Below, piece after piece: positions 9,814-18,980 of a stretch of DNA of 64,000 nt (the first letter of the stretch is position 1; each line of letters begins with the position of its first letter). The translations under genes were made by a program, and so were the position numbers. The stretch is from Pseudomonadota bacterium. Lineage in GTDB: Bacteria; Pseudomonadota; Alphaproteobacteria; Rickettsiales; SXRF01. Where the stretch lies: the NCBI GenBank assembly GCA_963205195.1, contig CAUJHR010000020.1, positions 29,589 through 93,588 on the forward strand, in the 5' to 3' direction. The notes under the pieces were generated by a model, which saw only the letters and a list, made by a program, of their open reading frames with translations, ran no database searches and was not told the DNA's origin.

Positions 9814-9905
9814 ATCGGGAGAACCTTGCTCTTGTATATTTGAATCTATTATTCTAACCTGCTATCATGAAAAAAGTATTAACAGAAAAAACAATTTAAA
9901 TACAT

Positions 9906-10178
9906 ATGGTTACAACAGAAAATGATGTGCGCTTAAAACGCCTGCGCTACCGCAGCTGGCATAGGGGCTGGAAAGAAACCGACCTTGTGCTTGGACATTT
10001 TGCTGATGAAAACCTAGAAAAAATGGATGCCTCAACAATTGATATTTACGAAAAGCTTCTTGACGAGAACGACGCCGATATATGGGACTGGCTGGTGGGG
10101 AAACTTCCGCCTAAAAACCCTGATTATGCCTTGATACTTGCAGAGCTGAAAGAATATAGCCAGCAACATAACAAATGA
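9906..10178 (+). CDS. sdhE: FAD assembly factor SdhE (succinate dehydrogenase assembly factor 2 family)
   Basis: 90 aa. 'RLKRLRYRSWHRGWKETDLVLGHF…DADIWDWL' contains the RGxxE motif. It overlaps the mfd start by 4 nt. Confidence 0.8.
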   Translation: MVTTENDVRLKRLRYRSWHRGWKETDLVLGHFADENLEKMDASTIDIYEKLLDENDADIWDWLVGKLPPKNPDYALILAELKEYSQQHNK

Positions 10179-13100
10179 ATCCCATACTTACAGCGAAATT
10201 AACCGGCATACCGGCCAGCGCGCAGGCATTGGCGCTGGCAAGACTTATGGAAGGAAGCGTTACGCCCCTTCCTGCCCCTGCAAGTATTTTATATATTGCA
10301 ACCAGTGACCGTGCCCTTGAATCTCTGCAATCTGCGCTTGCATTTTTTGCGCCGGATGCGGAAGTGATAAGTTTCCCGGCATGGGACTGTATGCCTTATG
10401 ACCGTTCTTCGCCACAGCCTGTTTTAATGGCGGCAAGGATGCAGGCATTGGCGGGACTTTTAAATAAACTAGATTCACGCCTGCGCGGGAATGACAATAA
10501 GGTCATTATACTAACCACCGCCAGCGCAATACTGCAAAAGCTTCCGCCCAGGGAAATAATAAAACGCGCTGTTTTTTCTATAAAGCGCGGTGGAAAATTA
10601 AAACTGGATGAACTTAGCGTATATCTTACCAGCCAGGGCTACCGCCGCGCAGGAAAAGCCATGGAACCAGGGGAATTTGCCATGCGCGGAGGCATTATTG
10701 ATATAATCCCATCCGGCTTTAGCGAAGGAATAAGAATTGACCTGTTTGGTGACGAAGTGGAAAGCATGAAGCCATTCGACCCGATGACACAGCTTAGCGG
10801 CGGATCGGTTGATGAGCTTAAATTATACCCGATCAGCGAAGTGATACTCACCGAAGAAAATATAACCCGATTCCGCAGCAACTACCGTGACCTGTTTGGC
10901 GCAGTCAGCAAGGAAGATCCGCTATATGAAGCAATTTCCAAAAGCGCTTCTTATTCCGGCATGGAGCATTGGCTGCCGTTATTTTATGAGCGCACTGAAA
11001 CATTACTGGATTATTGTGAAGGCTCGCTGCTTACTTTTGACAGCGAAGTTGAAAGCGCGATAAATGAAAGGCAAGAAGCAATACTCGATTATTACGAAGC
11101 CCGCAAAACAGCAACCAGCACCGGCTCTAAGAAAAACAGCTTTGTGGGCGGAAATGTTTATCATCCCATCCCTCCCGATAGTTTTTTTATTATGAAAGAT
11201 AGCTGGGGAAAAACACTTGCAAACCATAATAACATTACATTCAGCCCGTTCAGCGAAACCGGCAGCAGTAGTGGCATATCATTAGGATTGCGCCCTACCC
11301 TGCGTTTTGTTCAGGGACAGTCTGACAATACTCCGTTTACCCAACTTAAGGCACAGGCAGAAAAAGGTAAGCCAATTATGCTTGCTTGTTTTACCCAAGG
11401 TTCCAGAGAACGGCTGCAGGTTTTACTTATGGAACACGGATTCCATAATATCCGCATCGACACATGGAAAGAAAGTAAAAACGTAAAAGGTAAAACCATT
11501 GGGCTTGCTGTTTTGCCGCTGGAATATGGGTTTGAAACCGAGAATCTTTTTATATTCAGCGAACAAGATGTTTTGGGCGAGCGCATAACCCGCACTGCTA
11601 AAAAGAAGCGCTCTTCGGAAGTGTTTTTACAAGAAGCTTCCAACTTTGCCGAGGGCGATCTGGTGGTGCATAAAGACCATGGAATTGGCCGCTTCGAAGG
11701 GCTGGTTGCGGTTGAGGTTTCCGGCGCAGCACATGATTGCCTGAAGCTGGTTTATGCCGATGGCGATAAGTTATTCGTGCCTGTTGAAAATATTGAAATG
11801 GTATCGCGCTTCGGGCTGGAAGAAGAAAATGCACAGCTTGATAAGCTGGGCGGCGCATCCTGGCAAAACCGCAAGGCAAAACTTAAACAGCGTATAAAAA
11901 TCGCAGCTACCGCACTGCTTAAAACCGCAGCAGAGCGTTTAGTTAAGCAAGGTATAATCGCCGAAGCGCCCCAACTCACTTATGATGAATTCACAGCGCG
12001 TTTTCCTTATGTAGAAACCGAGGACCAGGATAGGGCAATCAGCGAAGTGCTGGATGATCTTAGTTCAGGCAAACCAATGGACAGGCTGGTTTGCGGCGAT
12101 GTCGGATTTGGTAAAACCGAAGTTGCTATGCGGGCTGCATTTGCAGTTGCCTGCAATGAGGAAAAGCCAATGCAGGTTGCGCTGGTCTGCCCGACCACAT
12201 TGCTTGCCCGCCAGCATTTTCGCAATTTTCGTGAGAGATTTTCAGGTTTCCCTGTGACGGTACGGCAATTATCACGCATGGTTACAGCGAAAGAACAAAA
12301 AGACACCAAAGAAAAATTGGCAAATGGCGAAGTTGATATTGTTATAGGCACGCACGCCCTGCTTGCCAAAACCATAGAATTCAAGCGGCTTGGGCTGGTG
12401 ATCGTGGATGAAGAGCAGCATTTTGGTGTAGGACAGAAGGAAAAGCTTAAAGAGCTTAAATCAGATGTGCATGTGCTCACGCTTTCGGCAACGCCAATTC
12501 CGCGCACGCTGCAAATGTCGCTTACAGGCGTGCGGGATTTAAGCCTTATTACCACGCCGCCTATTGACCGCCTTGCAGTACGCTCTTTCGTGATTCCTTT
12601 TGACCCAGTAGTTATCCGTGAGGCGATGCTTAGGGAACTGCACCGCGGCGGAAAATGTTTCGTGGTGACTCCGCGTATAAAAGATATTGCCGACCTTAAA
12701 TGGCAAATTGCAGAGCTGGTACCGGAAGCAAAAATTGTAGTGGCGCATGGCGGACTGGCGGCCACGGAACTCGACAGCGTTATGAATGATTTTTATGACG
12801 GAAAATATGATGTCCTGCTATCAACTGCGATAATTGAATCCGGGCTGGATATACCAACGGCCAATACCATGATAATACATAACTCGCATTTATTTGGTCT
12901 GGCGCAGCTCTACCAGATGCGCGGGCGGGTCGGGCGCGGCAAAACACGAGCTTACGCTTACTTCCTGCTGCCGCATAAGCAACTCAGTAAAAACGCAACT
13001 AAGCGCTTAGAAGTGATGCAGACGCTCGATACACTTGGTGCGGGCTTCACACTTGCCAGCCATGATATGGACATTCGCGGATTTGGGAACCTGGTAGGTG

Positions 13101-13678
13101 AAGAACAATCAGGGCATATCCGCGAAGTGGGGATAGAACTTTACCAGCAGATGCTGGAGGAAATGGTGGCTTCGCTGAAAGCGGATGACAGATCACGGAT
13201 GGCAGATGACAAGGATTCTTCGTCATCTGATAGCTATTCTCCGACCATAAATTTAGGTATCTCGGTTCTCATCCCCGAAGATTATGTTGAAGACCTGCAA
13301 CTGCGCTTAGGTCTATACCGCCGGGTTGCACAAATGGACAGTGAGGACGAAATCAACGGTTTTGCCGCAGAACTGGTTGACCGTTTTGGAGAAATGCCGC
13401 ACGAAGTTGCACATCTTATAACTATCTTAAATTTGAAGTTACTTTGCCTCAAAGCAAACATAGAACGAATCGATGCCGGACCCAAAGGCGCGGTTATTAC
13501 GTTCCATAATAATTATTTTGGTAATGCCGAAGCCTTGCTGCGCCTTATTTCACTTAAACCGCGAACCCTTAAGCTGCGCCCTGACCAGAAACTTCTGTTT
13601 AGCCATGAATGGAAGGATGTGGATGATAAAATATCCGCAATCAGGAAAATAATCAGCGAATTGATAGGATTGCTTTAA
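10175..13678 (+). CDS. mfd: Transcription-repair coupling factor Mfd
   Basis: 1167 aa with a UvrB-like N-terminus, the CarD-like segment 'GDLVVHKDHGIGRFEGL' and the helicase motifs 'GDVGFGKTEVAMRAAF', 'VDEEQHFGV' and 'SATPIPRTLQMS', followed by a C-terminal TRCF domain. Confidence 0.95.
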   Translation: MNPILTAKLTGIPASAQALALARLMEGSVTPLPAPASILYIATSDRALESLQSALAFFAPDAEVISFPAWDCMPYDRSSPQPVLMAARMQALAGLLNKLDSRLRGNDNKVIILTTASAILQKLPPREIIKRAVFSIKRGGKLKLDELSVYLTSQGYRRAGKAMEPGEFAMRGGIIDIIPSGFSEGIRIDLFGDEVESMKPFDPMTQLSGGSVDELKLYPISEVILTEENITRFRSNYRDLFGAVSKEDPLYEAISKSASYSGMEHWLPLFYERTETLLDYCEGSLLTFDSEVESAINERQEAILDYYEARKTATSTGSKKNSFVGGNVYHPIPPDSFFIMKDSWGKTLANHNNITFSPFSETGSSSGISLGLRPTLRFVQGQSDNTPFTQLKAQAEKGKPIMLACFTQGSRERLQVLLMEHGFHNIRIDTWKESKNVKGKTIGLAVLPLEYGFETENLFIFSEQDVLGERITRTAKKKRSSEVFLQEASNFAEGDLVVHKDHGIGRFEGLVAVEVSGAAHDCLKLVYADGDKLFVPVENIEMVSRFGLEEENAQLDKLGGASWQNRKAKLKQRIKIAATALLKTAAERLVKQGIIAEAPQLTYDEFTARFPYVETEDQDRAISEVLDDLSSGKPMDRLVCGDVGFGKTEVAMRAAFAVACNEEKPMQVALVCPTTLLARQHFRNFRERFSGFPVTVRQLSRMVTAKEQKDTKEKLANGEVDIVIGTHALLAKTIEFKRLGLVIVDEEQHFGVGQKEKLKELKSDVHVLTLSATPIPRTLQMSLTGVRDLSLITTPPIDRLAVRSFVIPFDPVVIREAMLRELHRGGKCFVVTPRIKDIADLKWQIAELVPEAKIVVAHGGLAATELDSVMNDFYDGKYDVLLSTAIIESGLDIPTANTMIIHNSHLFGLAQLYQMRGRVGRGKTRAYAYFLLPHKQLSKNATKRLEVMQTLDTLGAGFTLASHDMDIRGFGNLVGEEQSGHIREVGIELYQQMLEEMVASLKADDRSRMADDKDSSSSDSYSPTINLGISVLIPEDYVEDLQLRLGLYRRVAQMDSEDEINGFAAELVDRFGEMPHEVAHLITILNLKLLCLKANIERIDAGPKGAVITFHNNYFGNAEALLRLISLKPRTLKLRPDQKLLFSHEWKDVDDKISAIRKIISELIGLL
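10471..10498. repeat. In-frame copy (27/28 nt) of the right arm of the 25.04-25.13 kb palindromic element, inside mfd
   Basis: AGATTCACGCCTGCGCGGGAATGACAAT here differs by one base from AGATTCCCGCCTGCGCGGGAATGACAAT at 25096-25123. It is translated as (L)DSRLRGNDN. Confidence 0.7.
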
Positions 13679-16374
13679 TCACCTTCGCCAGATTTTATCG
13701 GCAGGCGGAAAGTAAATACCGCACCAGTTCCTTCTTCAGCATTCTGTGCCCATATCTTGCCGTCATGCGCGTTTATGATACCACGGCAGATGGCAAGCCC
13801 TAAGCTTCCATCGCTGCTAGTGCCGCCATAGAATTTATCAAAGATTTTTTCCTCATCACCTATTTTGATGCCCTGACCGTTATCAGCAACAGTTACCTCT
13901 ATGTCTGGCTTAATACCAGCAGCTGTTATTGTGATAGTTGTTCCGGGCGGAGTGTGCATAGCCGCGTTCTCGAGCAGATTAATCAATACCTGTTCAACCA
14001 GCAAACCGTCAATACGCAAAAGCGGTAGCCCATGCTCTATATTGGTTACGACAGTATGCTGCGCTAGTTTTTGTTCCACGCGCATAAGCGCAGATCCAAT
14101 CAATTCCTCGATGAAATATAATTCCTTATTCAGCTTTACCGAACCTGATTCCAAGCTGGTTACGTCGAGCAGATTGGTAACCATGCGGGCAAGACGGGCA
14201 CCCTCTTCATGTATGGAACGCAAGAGTTCTGTTTTATACTCATTTGCGATTTTATCGCCTTCGATAAGCAGCGTGCTTGCGGCGCTGGTGATAGCTACAA
14301 GGGGCGTACGCAAATCATGTGAAACTGACGAAAGCAGGATATTACGCAGTTTTTCGTTTTCCGCTTCCACTATGGTTTTTTCTACAATTTCTGCTGATTG
14401 GGCGCGCTCCAGAGCCGAAGCTGTAATGCCTGAGAATGCTTCTATCAATTCAATTTTATCGGTGGAATAGCCCGTGGATTTTTCCTCATGCGGCATAAGC
14501 CCAATAACGCCCATCACTCCTCCGGAAGCAATAAGCGGGGTATAAAACGCGTTGGCACTTGGAAGCGTGTTAGTTCCAAGCCCTGCATTCTGCTTATGGG
14601 AAAATGCCCAGCGCGCAACGCTTTCTTCCCGCACCGGATCGGCATTGTGCAGATCACTGTGTGTTTCAGCAACCACGGTTTGCAATTCGCCCTTGTCATC
14701 AGGAAGCCACAGGAACACATTGCTATCGAGAACTTCAGCAATATGCTGGGCTGCAACCTGCGCCAGGTTTACTTTACCGCGGCTGGCGGTGAGCTCACGT
14801 GTCATAGCGAACAGGCTCGAAGTGTTCTTTTCACGCTTGCGGGCGCTCAGTGTTTGCAGGCGCAGACGCGAAGTCTGTGAGCTTATGATAATCCCGGTAA
14901 GCAGCAATACGCAGAAAGTTATTATATGCTTATCATCAGCGATTTTAAATGTGTTATAGGGCTGTACAAAAAACAGATTAAAGCAGACCGCAGAAAGGAA
15001 AGTGGCAACAAGTGAAGGTATGCGCCCGTAGCGTAATGCTATACCAACCACGCTTATAAGATAGAACATCACAAGATTGGTCGGGTCAACGAACTGGCGG
15101 ATGGGAAGCGCAATAATCGTGCAGATTACAGTAATTCCTGCTGCGATAAGGTAATGTGGCCATGGTGTGTTAGTACGCCAGAAAGGAGCGCGTAACCCCT
15201 TTCTATCATCGGTATCCCCAGTCACTACATATACGTCTATATCACCGGAACCGCGGATAATTTCATCAGCCAATGTACCAAAAACAAAGGCATGCAAGCG
15301 CGATTTATTTGGCTTGCCAACAATGATTTTGCTTATGCCGTTACTTCTTGCATAGGCAAGTATATCCTCTGACGCCCTCCTATGACCTTGTATTATCTCA
15401 GTGCGCGCTCCCATACGGTCTGCAAGGCGCAACGTACGCTCTACCGCATCCTGGCCTTCCTTGCTCAGGCGGAAATGGCGTTCGTTTTCAATATAAATAA
15501 CCGTCCATTGCGATTTAAGGCCGCTGGACATTCTTTTTGCGGTGCGTACCAGCTTTCCAGAAAGCACATCAGGGCCTATACATACCAATATACGGTCTGC
15601 CCCACTCCAGCCCTGCGCGCCCCCACCCTGGTTCTTATAAACATCCATGAGAGCATCTACGCGCTCAGCTGTGCGGCGCAGCGCAAGCTCGCGCAATGCG
15701 ATCAGGTTGCTTTTCTTAAAGAAATTCTGGGCAGCACGTTTTTTCGCATCATTAGCGATATAAACCTTGCCTTCGCTTAAGCGCTTGAGAAGTTCCTCAG
15801 ACGGAATATCAACCAATGAAATTTCATCCGCCTTATCGAAAATTGCATCCGGCACGGTTTCTTTAACCCACACGCCTGTGATACGCGCTACTACGTCATT
15901 CAGGCTTTCCAGATGCTGTACATTTATCGTTGTGTAAACATTTATCCCGGCATCAAGGAGCTCATCCACATCCTGCCAGCGCTTGGGATGCCGGGAACCG
16001 GGGGCATTAGTATGCGCTAATTCATCAAGAAGGATAAGCTGGGGTTTACGCACCAGCGCAGTATCTATATCGAATTCCTTGATGAGTGTTCCTTTATATT
16101 GCACCTCGCGGTGCGGGAGGATCGGTAACCCCTCAAGCAGTTTTTTGGTTTCTTCCCGCCCATGCGTTTCAACAAGCCCTATTACTACATCAACTTTATC
16201 GGCAAGGGCAGATTTACCTGCTGATAACATAGCATATGTTTTACCAACACCTGCACAAGCGCCAAAGAATATTTTTAGTTTTCCACGGTTACTTTTGGCT
16301 TGCGCCTGCTCATTCTCCTCCGCATTTATGCGGCTGAGCAATTCATCTGGGTCTGGGCGCGATTCATCATTCAT
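13675..16374 (-). CDS. kdpD: Sensor histidine kinase KdpD (full-length architecture)
   Basis: 899 aa. It has the KdpD N-domain with P-loop 'GACAGVGKTY', a USP-like region, a hydrophobic helix block at about aa 400-500, a GAF-like region, the H-box 'SHDLRTPL', 'NLLENAAMHT', 'DNGQGI' and 'GLGLAICRG'. Confidence 0.9.
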   Translation of the reverse strand: MNDESRPDPDELLSRINAEENEQAQAKSNRGKLKIFFGACAGVGKTYAMLSAGKSALADKVDVVIGLVETHGREETKKLLEGLPILPHREVQYKGTLIKEFDIDTALVRKPQLILLDELAHTNAPGSRHPKRWQDVDELLDAGINVYTTINVQHLESLNDVVARITGVWVKETVPDAIFDKADEISLVDIPSEELLKRLSEGKVYIANDAKKRAAQNFFKKSNLIALRELALRRTAERVDALMDVYKNQGGGAQGWSGADRILVCIGPDVLSGKLVRTAKRMSSGLKSQWTVIYIENERHFRLSKEGQDAVERTLRLADRMGARTEIIQGHRRASEDILAYARSNGISKIIVGKPNKSRLHAFVFGTLADEIIRGSGDIDVYVVTGDTDDRKGLRAPFWRTNTPWPHYLIAAGITVICTIIALPIRQFVDPTNLVMFYLISVVGIALRYGRIPSLVATFLSAVCFNLFFVQPYNTFKIADDKHIITFCVLLLTGIIISSQTSRLRLQTLSARKREKNTSSLFAMTRELTASRGKVNLAQVAAQHIAEVLDSNVFLWLPDDKGELQTVVAETHSDLHNADPVREESVARWAFSHKQNAGLGTNTLPSANAFYTPLIASGGVMGVIGLMPHEEKSTGYSTDKIELIEAFSGITASALERAQSAEIVEKTIVEAENEKLRNILLSSVSHDLRTPLVAITSAASTLLIEGDKIANEYKTELLRSIHEEGARLARMVTNLLDVTSLESGSVKLNKELYFIEELIGSALMRVEQKLAQHTVVTNIEHGLPLLRIDGLLVEQVLINLLENAAMHTPPGTTITITAAGIKPDIEVTVADNGQGIKIGDEEKIFDKFYGGTSSDGSLGLAICRGIINAHDGKIWAQNAEEGTGAVFTFRLPIKSGEGD

Positions 16375-16529
16375 AATAACATATTAACTTATTATAGTTT
16401 GTGCACAACATTTAAAATTGTACTGCAATGAATACGTTTTTGTATTTTTTGCATCTCATCCTGCCACTGACCTTGCATGCCTAATCTGCTATATTATTTT
16501 TTAGTAAACAATAATTAGAGGAGACGATT

Positions 16530-16607
16530 ATGACACCATATGTTATCATAATATTCGGTCATATTATTTCAATTATCGGGTATAGCCTATTGGTATATGT
16601 GCATTAA
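16530..16607 (+). CDS. Candidate 25-aa hydrophobic micropeptide (MTPYVIIIFGHIISIIGYSLLVYVH)
   Basis: It is not in the ORF track because it is under 60 aa. A strong SD-like GAGGAG ends 7 nt upstream of the ATG at 16530, and the peptide forms a single hydrophobic helix. There is no homology evidence, so it could be chance. Confidence 0.2.
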   Translation: MTPYVIIIFGHIISIIGYSLLVYVH

Positions 16608-16628
16608 TAAATATGGTCGCGAGGCATT

Positions 16629-17525
16629 ATGGATGAAATGGAAAAACGCAGAAAAGGTGCCTATTCCCACGTTTTAAGACAACTAATGGAAGAATATGGC
16701 TATTCAACCAGTAGCTTCGCTAAAAAAGCAAAAATAGACCAAAGAACGCTTCGTAAGGCGCTAAATACTTCAGAAGGAATGCCAAACAACATAGTGCAGG
16801 AAAAAAATTCTGCGGCCTTTCGGATGAGCCTTAAAGCATTTAATGAGCTGGTAGATGCTAAGATCCAAGAGACAACATGCAAATCTGATATAACCGGCGG
16901 TAAGAAAATAATAGAAAGCACAATCTACTTTAAACAGATGATAAGTTCTTTGGATAATATCGCACAGGTCGGCGATGGTGATGTACTTCTTACCTCTTTA
17001 CAGATCACGCATGACCGCAAGAAATTCCCTGCCTTAACCAACCTTCAGCAACATACGATCAAAACAATTAAAAATTCGCCCAATGTTAATTTCAGCAGGC
17101 TGGTAAGGCTTACCGAAACCCAAAGCAGCAAATATAAATATCTATATATACGTGACTTTATATATATGATGGAGGGACATAAAAATATCTCTATGAAATT
17201 TTTTGGAATACTAGATGAAAAAAACAAATCTATAATAGATATAGCACCATATTCCCTTTCCAGCAGTATCCAGGTGATTAACTGTGGCAATGGGCAGCAG
17301 GAAGGCTTTGTTTTTACCCTGCACCCCGATTCCCTTTTCAACCAGGCTACCACAAGATGCAATTATTATAACGGCAAATCCGAATCTGATGGAATGGTCA
17401 TAAGCCAATTGATAGATCTGTATGGCCATACCTGGGACAATAGCGTTTACCTATTAGAGAGTGGCCGAATCACCAAACAATGGAAAATAATTGAGGAAAT
17501 CTTCAACTCGGAAAAATATTTTTAA
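16629..17525 (+). CDS. Hypothetical protein with an N-terminal XRE-like helix-turn-helix and an uncharacterised C-terminal domain
   Basis: 298 aa. 'LRQLMEEYGYSTSSFAKKAKIDQRTLRKALN' looks like an HTH, and I do not recognise the rest. By my 60-nt spot counts the local GC is clearly lower (about 25-42%) than in flanking core genes (about 47%). Confidence 0.5.
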   Translation: MDEMEKRRKGAYSHVLRQLMEEYGYSTSSFAKKAKIDQRTLRKALNTSEGMPNNIVQEKNSAAFRMSLKAFNELVDAKIQETTCKSDITGGKKIIESTIYFKQMISSLDNIAQVGDGDVLLTSLQITHDRKKFPALTNLQQHTIKTIKNSPNVNFSRLVRLTETQSSKYKYLYIRDFIYMMEGHKNISMKFFGILDEKNKSIIDIAPYSLSSSIQVINCGNGQQEGFVFTLHPDSLFNQATTRCNYYNGKSESDGMVISQLIDLYGHTWDNSVYLLESGRITKQWKIIEEIFNSEKYF

Positions 17526-18228
17526 GCTCTGTGCGCCAGCTTCCTATATCCTTGTAACGTTTTTGAAAAATATTATCCATTGCAATAGCTTTTTCCCGAT
17601 CAGAAGCCCATAAATGATAATATTTATCCCAATCATGCGAAAGAAAATCTATTTCATCTTCATTGAAAGGTTTTTTACCATCGGAGGAACAGAATCCATA
17701 GCGGGTTTTATAATATTGGCTCTTCTCAAACCAGCCGATAAGGGAACTTACATAAGGATATTTATCCCATGGGATTATTTTCCAGCCAAGTTCATTTACA
17801 ATTTTTGAGGTACCGATACCGCGGCAATAATTCATAAACAAAGAATCACCACCATGCTCTGACAGTAACTTAATCCGGATATTTGTATTGATTTTTTTAT
17901 GCCGCCGCGAGGATATTGTCCATCCAGTGGCAACCTCAAAAATTTTGGTGGCAATCGGTACGCCCAGAAAAGCAGCGCGCCATTTATCATTTTCGGTAAT
18001 AGGTATAAGGCTTGTATGGCTTATAATTTGTCCATTTTCTCCTATTACTATAGCGGATAATCCTGAGAGGAAACGCTTCTGTAAAGTCTCTGCAGAATAT
18101 TTAGTGAGGGCTGGTTCAATTATTATATTATTTGCAAAAGCTGCCCATACTTCTCCATTAGGTATGCAATCATCTACTTTAACCAGCTGGCCGTCATCTA
18201 TCCGGTATATATTCATTTCAGTTGCCAT
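17503..18228 (-). CDS. Hypothetical protein (no confident family; a weak GNAT-like impression only)
   Basis: 241 aa, convergent with the previous gene, with a 23-nt 3' overlap. GC is lower than the flanks. There are no catalytic motifs I can name. Confidence 0.45.
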   Translation of the reverse strand: MATEMNIYRIDDGQLVKVDDCIPNGEVWAAFANNIIIEPALTKYSAETLQKRFLSGLSAIVIGENGQIISHTSLIPITENDKWRAAFLGVPIATKIFEVATGWTISSRRHKKINTNIRIKLLSEHGGDSLFMNYCRGIGTSKIVNELGWKIIPWDKYPYVSSLIGWFEKSQYYKTRYGFCSSDGKKPFNEDEIDFLSHDWDKYYHLWASDREKAIAMDNIFQKRYKDIGSWRTELKNIFPS

Positions 18229-18292
18229 ATGCTTGTGTGATTGTAGGCTGAATTTTATTTGCTTACAACATAAAAGCTAGTAACCTGCTTTT

Positions 18293-18940
18293 ATGTCTCT
18301 ACTCACCCCAGTCGATAATTACTGCGAACGCCTGTCTCCTAGCCTTATGGCCGAGCCGCTGAATGCACTTAGCAATCTTTCATTTATTATTGCAGCATGG
18401 ATGCTTTACAGGGCATATAAGAAGAAAGGCTTGTATGATATCCCGGTAATGGCGCTTATCTTAATGGTGTTTATAGTCGGCGTCGGCAGCAGCCTTTTTC
18501 ATACATTTGCAAATAATCTTACGATGCTTGCTGATATAATCCCGATAATGGTTTTTGTGCTTAGTTATCTGTTCTTCGCCCTGATCCGTTTGCTGGGATT
18601 CTCAAAATCAAAAGCACGTCTGTCACTGCTAGTATTGCTGCTTGCCAGCGCAGCTACAAGTTTTGCACCGGCAGAATTACGCTTTAACGGATCGGTGCAA
18701 TATTTCCCATGCCTTGCCGCGCTTTTTCTTGTCGCATGGAAAAGCCACCAGAAACCACTTTATTTAGCAAGCGCTGTATTCTCCTGTTCGCTGATATTCC
18801 GCAGCGTTGATATGGCGTTATGCAATGAATTTTTAGAAGGCACTCATTTCATCTGGCACCTGCTGAACGGTGTGTTGCTTTATGTACTGGTTAAAGTATT
18901 AATTAATCATTTGCACACTGACACAAAGCTGATAGAGTAA
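18293..18940 (+). CDS. Ceramidase-family (alkaline ceramidase/PAQR-like) integral membrane hydrolase
   Basis: 215 aa and polytopic. The N-terminal 'NYCERLSPSLMAEPLNALSNLSFIIAA', then 'SSLFHTF' and 'THFIWHLLNG' (HxxxH), match the pattern of bacterial ceramidase-domain proteins as I remember it. Confidence 0.55.
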   Translation: MSLLTPVDNYCERLSPSLMAEPLNALSNLSFIIAAWMLYRAYKKKGLYDIPVMALILMVFIVGVGSSLFHTFANNLTMLADIIPIMVFVLSYLFFALIRLLGFSKSKARLSLLVLLLASAATSFAPAELRFNGSVQYFPCLAALFLVAWKSHQKPLYLASAVFSCSLIFRSVDMALCNEFLEGTHFIWHLLNGVLLYVLVKVLINHLHTDTKLIE

Positions 18941-18980
18941 ACATCTGCTAATAAATATTACTTAAAAGATAGGGACTAAT

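Noticed and set aside
12007-12765. 252-aa ORF antisense to mfd. Similar long antisense ORFs occur at 13901-14470, 26320-26868, 32443-32979, 34130-34681, 46658-47164, 59723-60310, 41478-41984, 19512-20021 and 43564-44067.
   Set aside because: Each lies entirely inside a gene with strong family motifs on the other strand. Their translations are Ser/Arg/Cys/Pro-rich with no motifs. This is typical of shadow ORFs.
16530-16607. Interpreting the micro-ORF as KdpF
   Set aside because: It is on the opposite strand to kdpD, no kdpA follows it, and the similarity is limited to a GY..LVY-like patch. It is kept only as an unnamed candidate peptide.
18941-18980. SOS/LexA box upstream of recA
   Set aside because: I looked for GAAC-N7-GAAC / GTTC-N7-GTTC and CTG-N10-CAG in the 40-nt spacer and the preceding 60 nt and found none.
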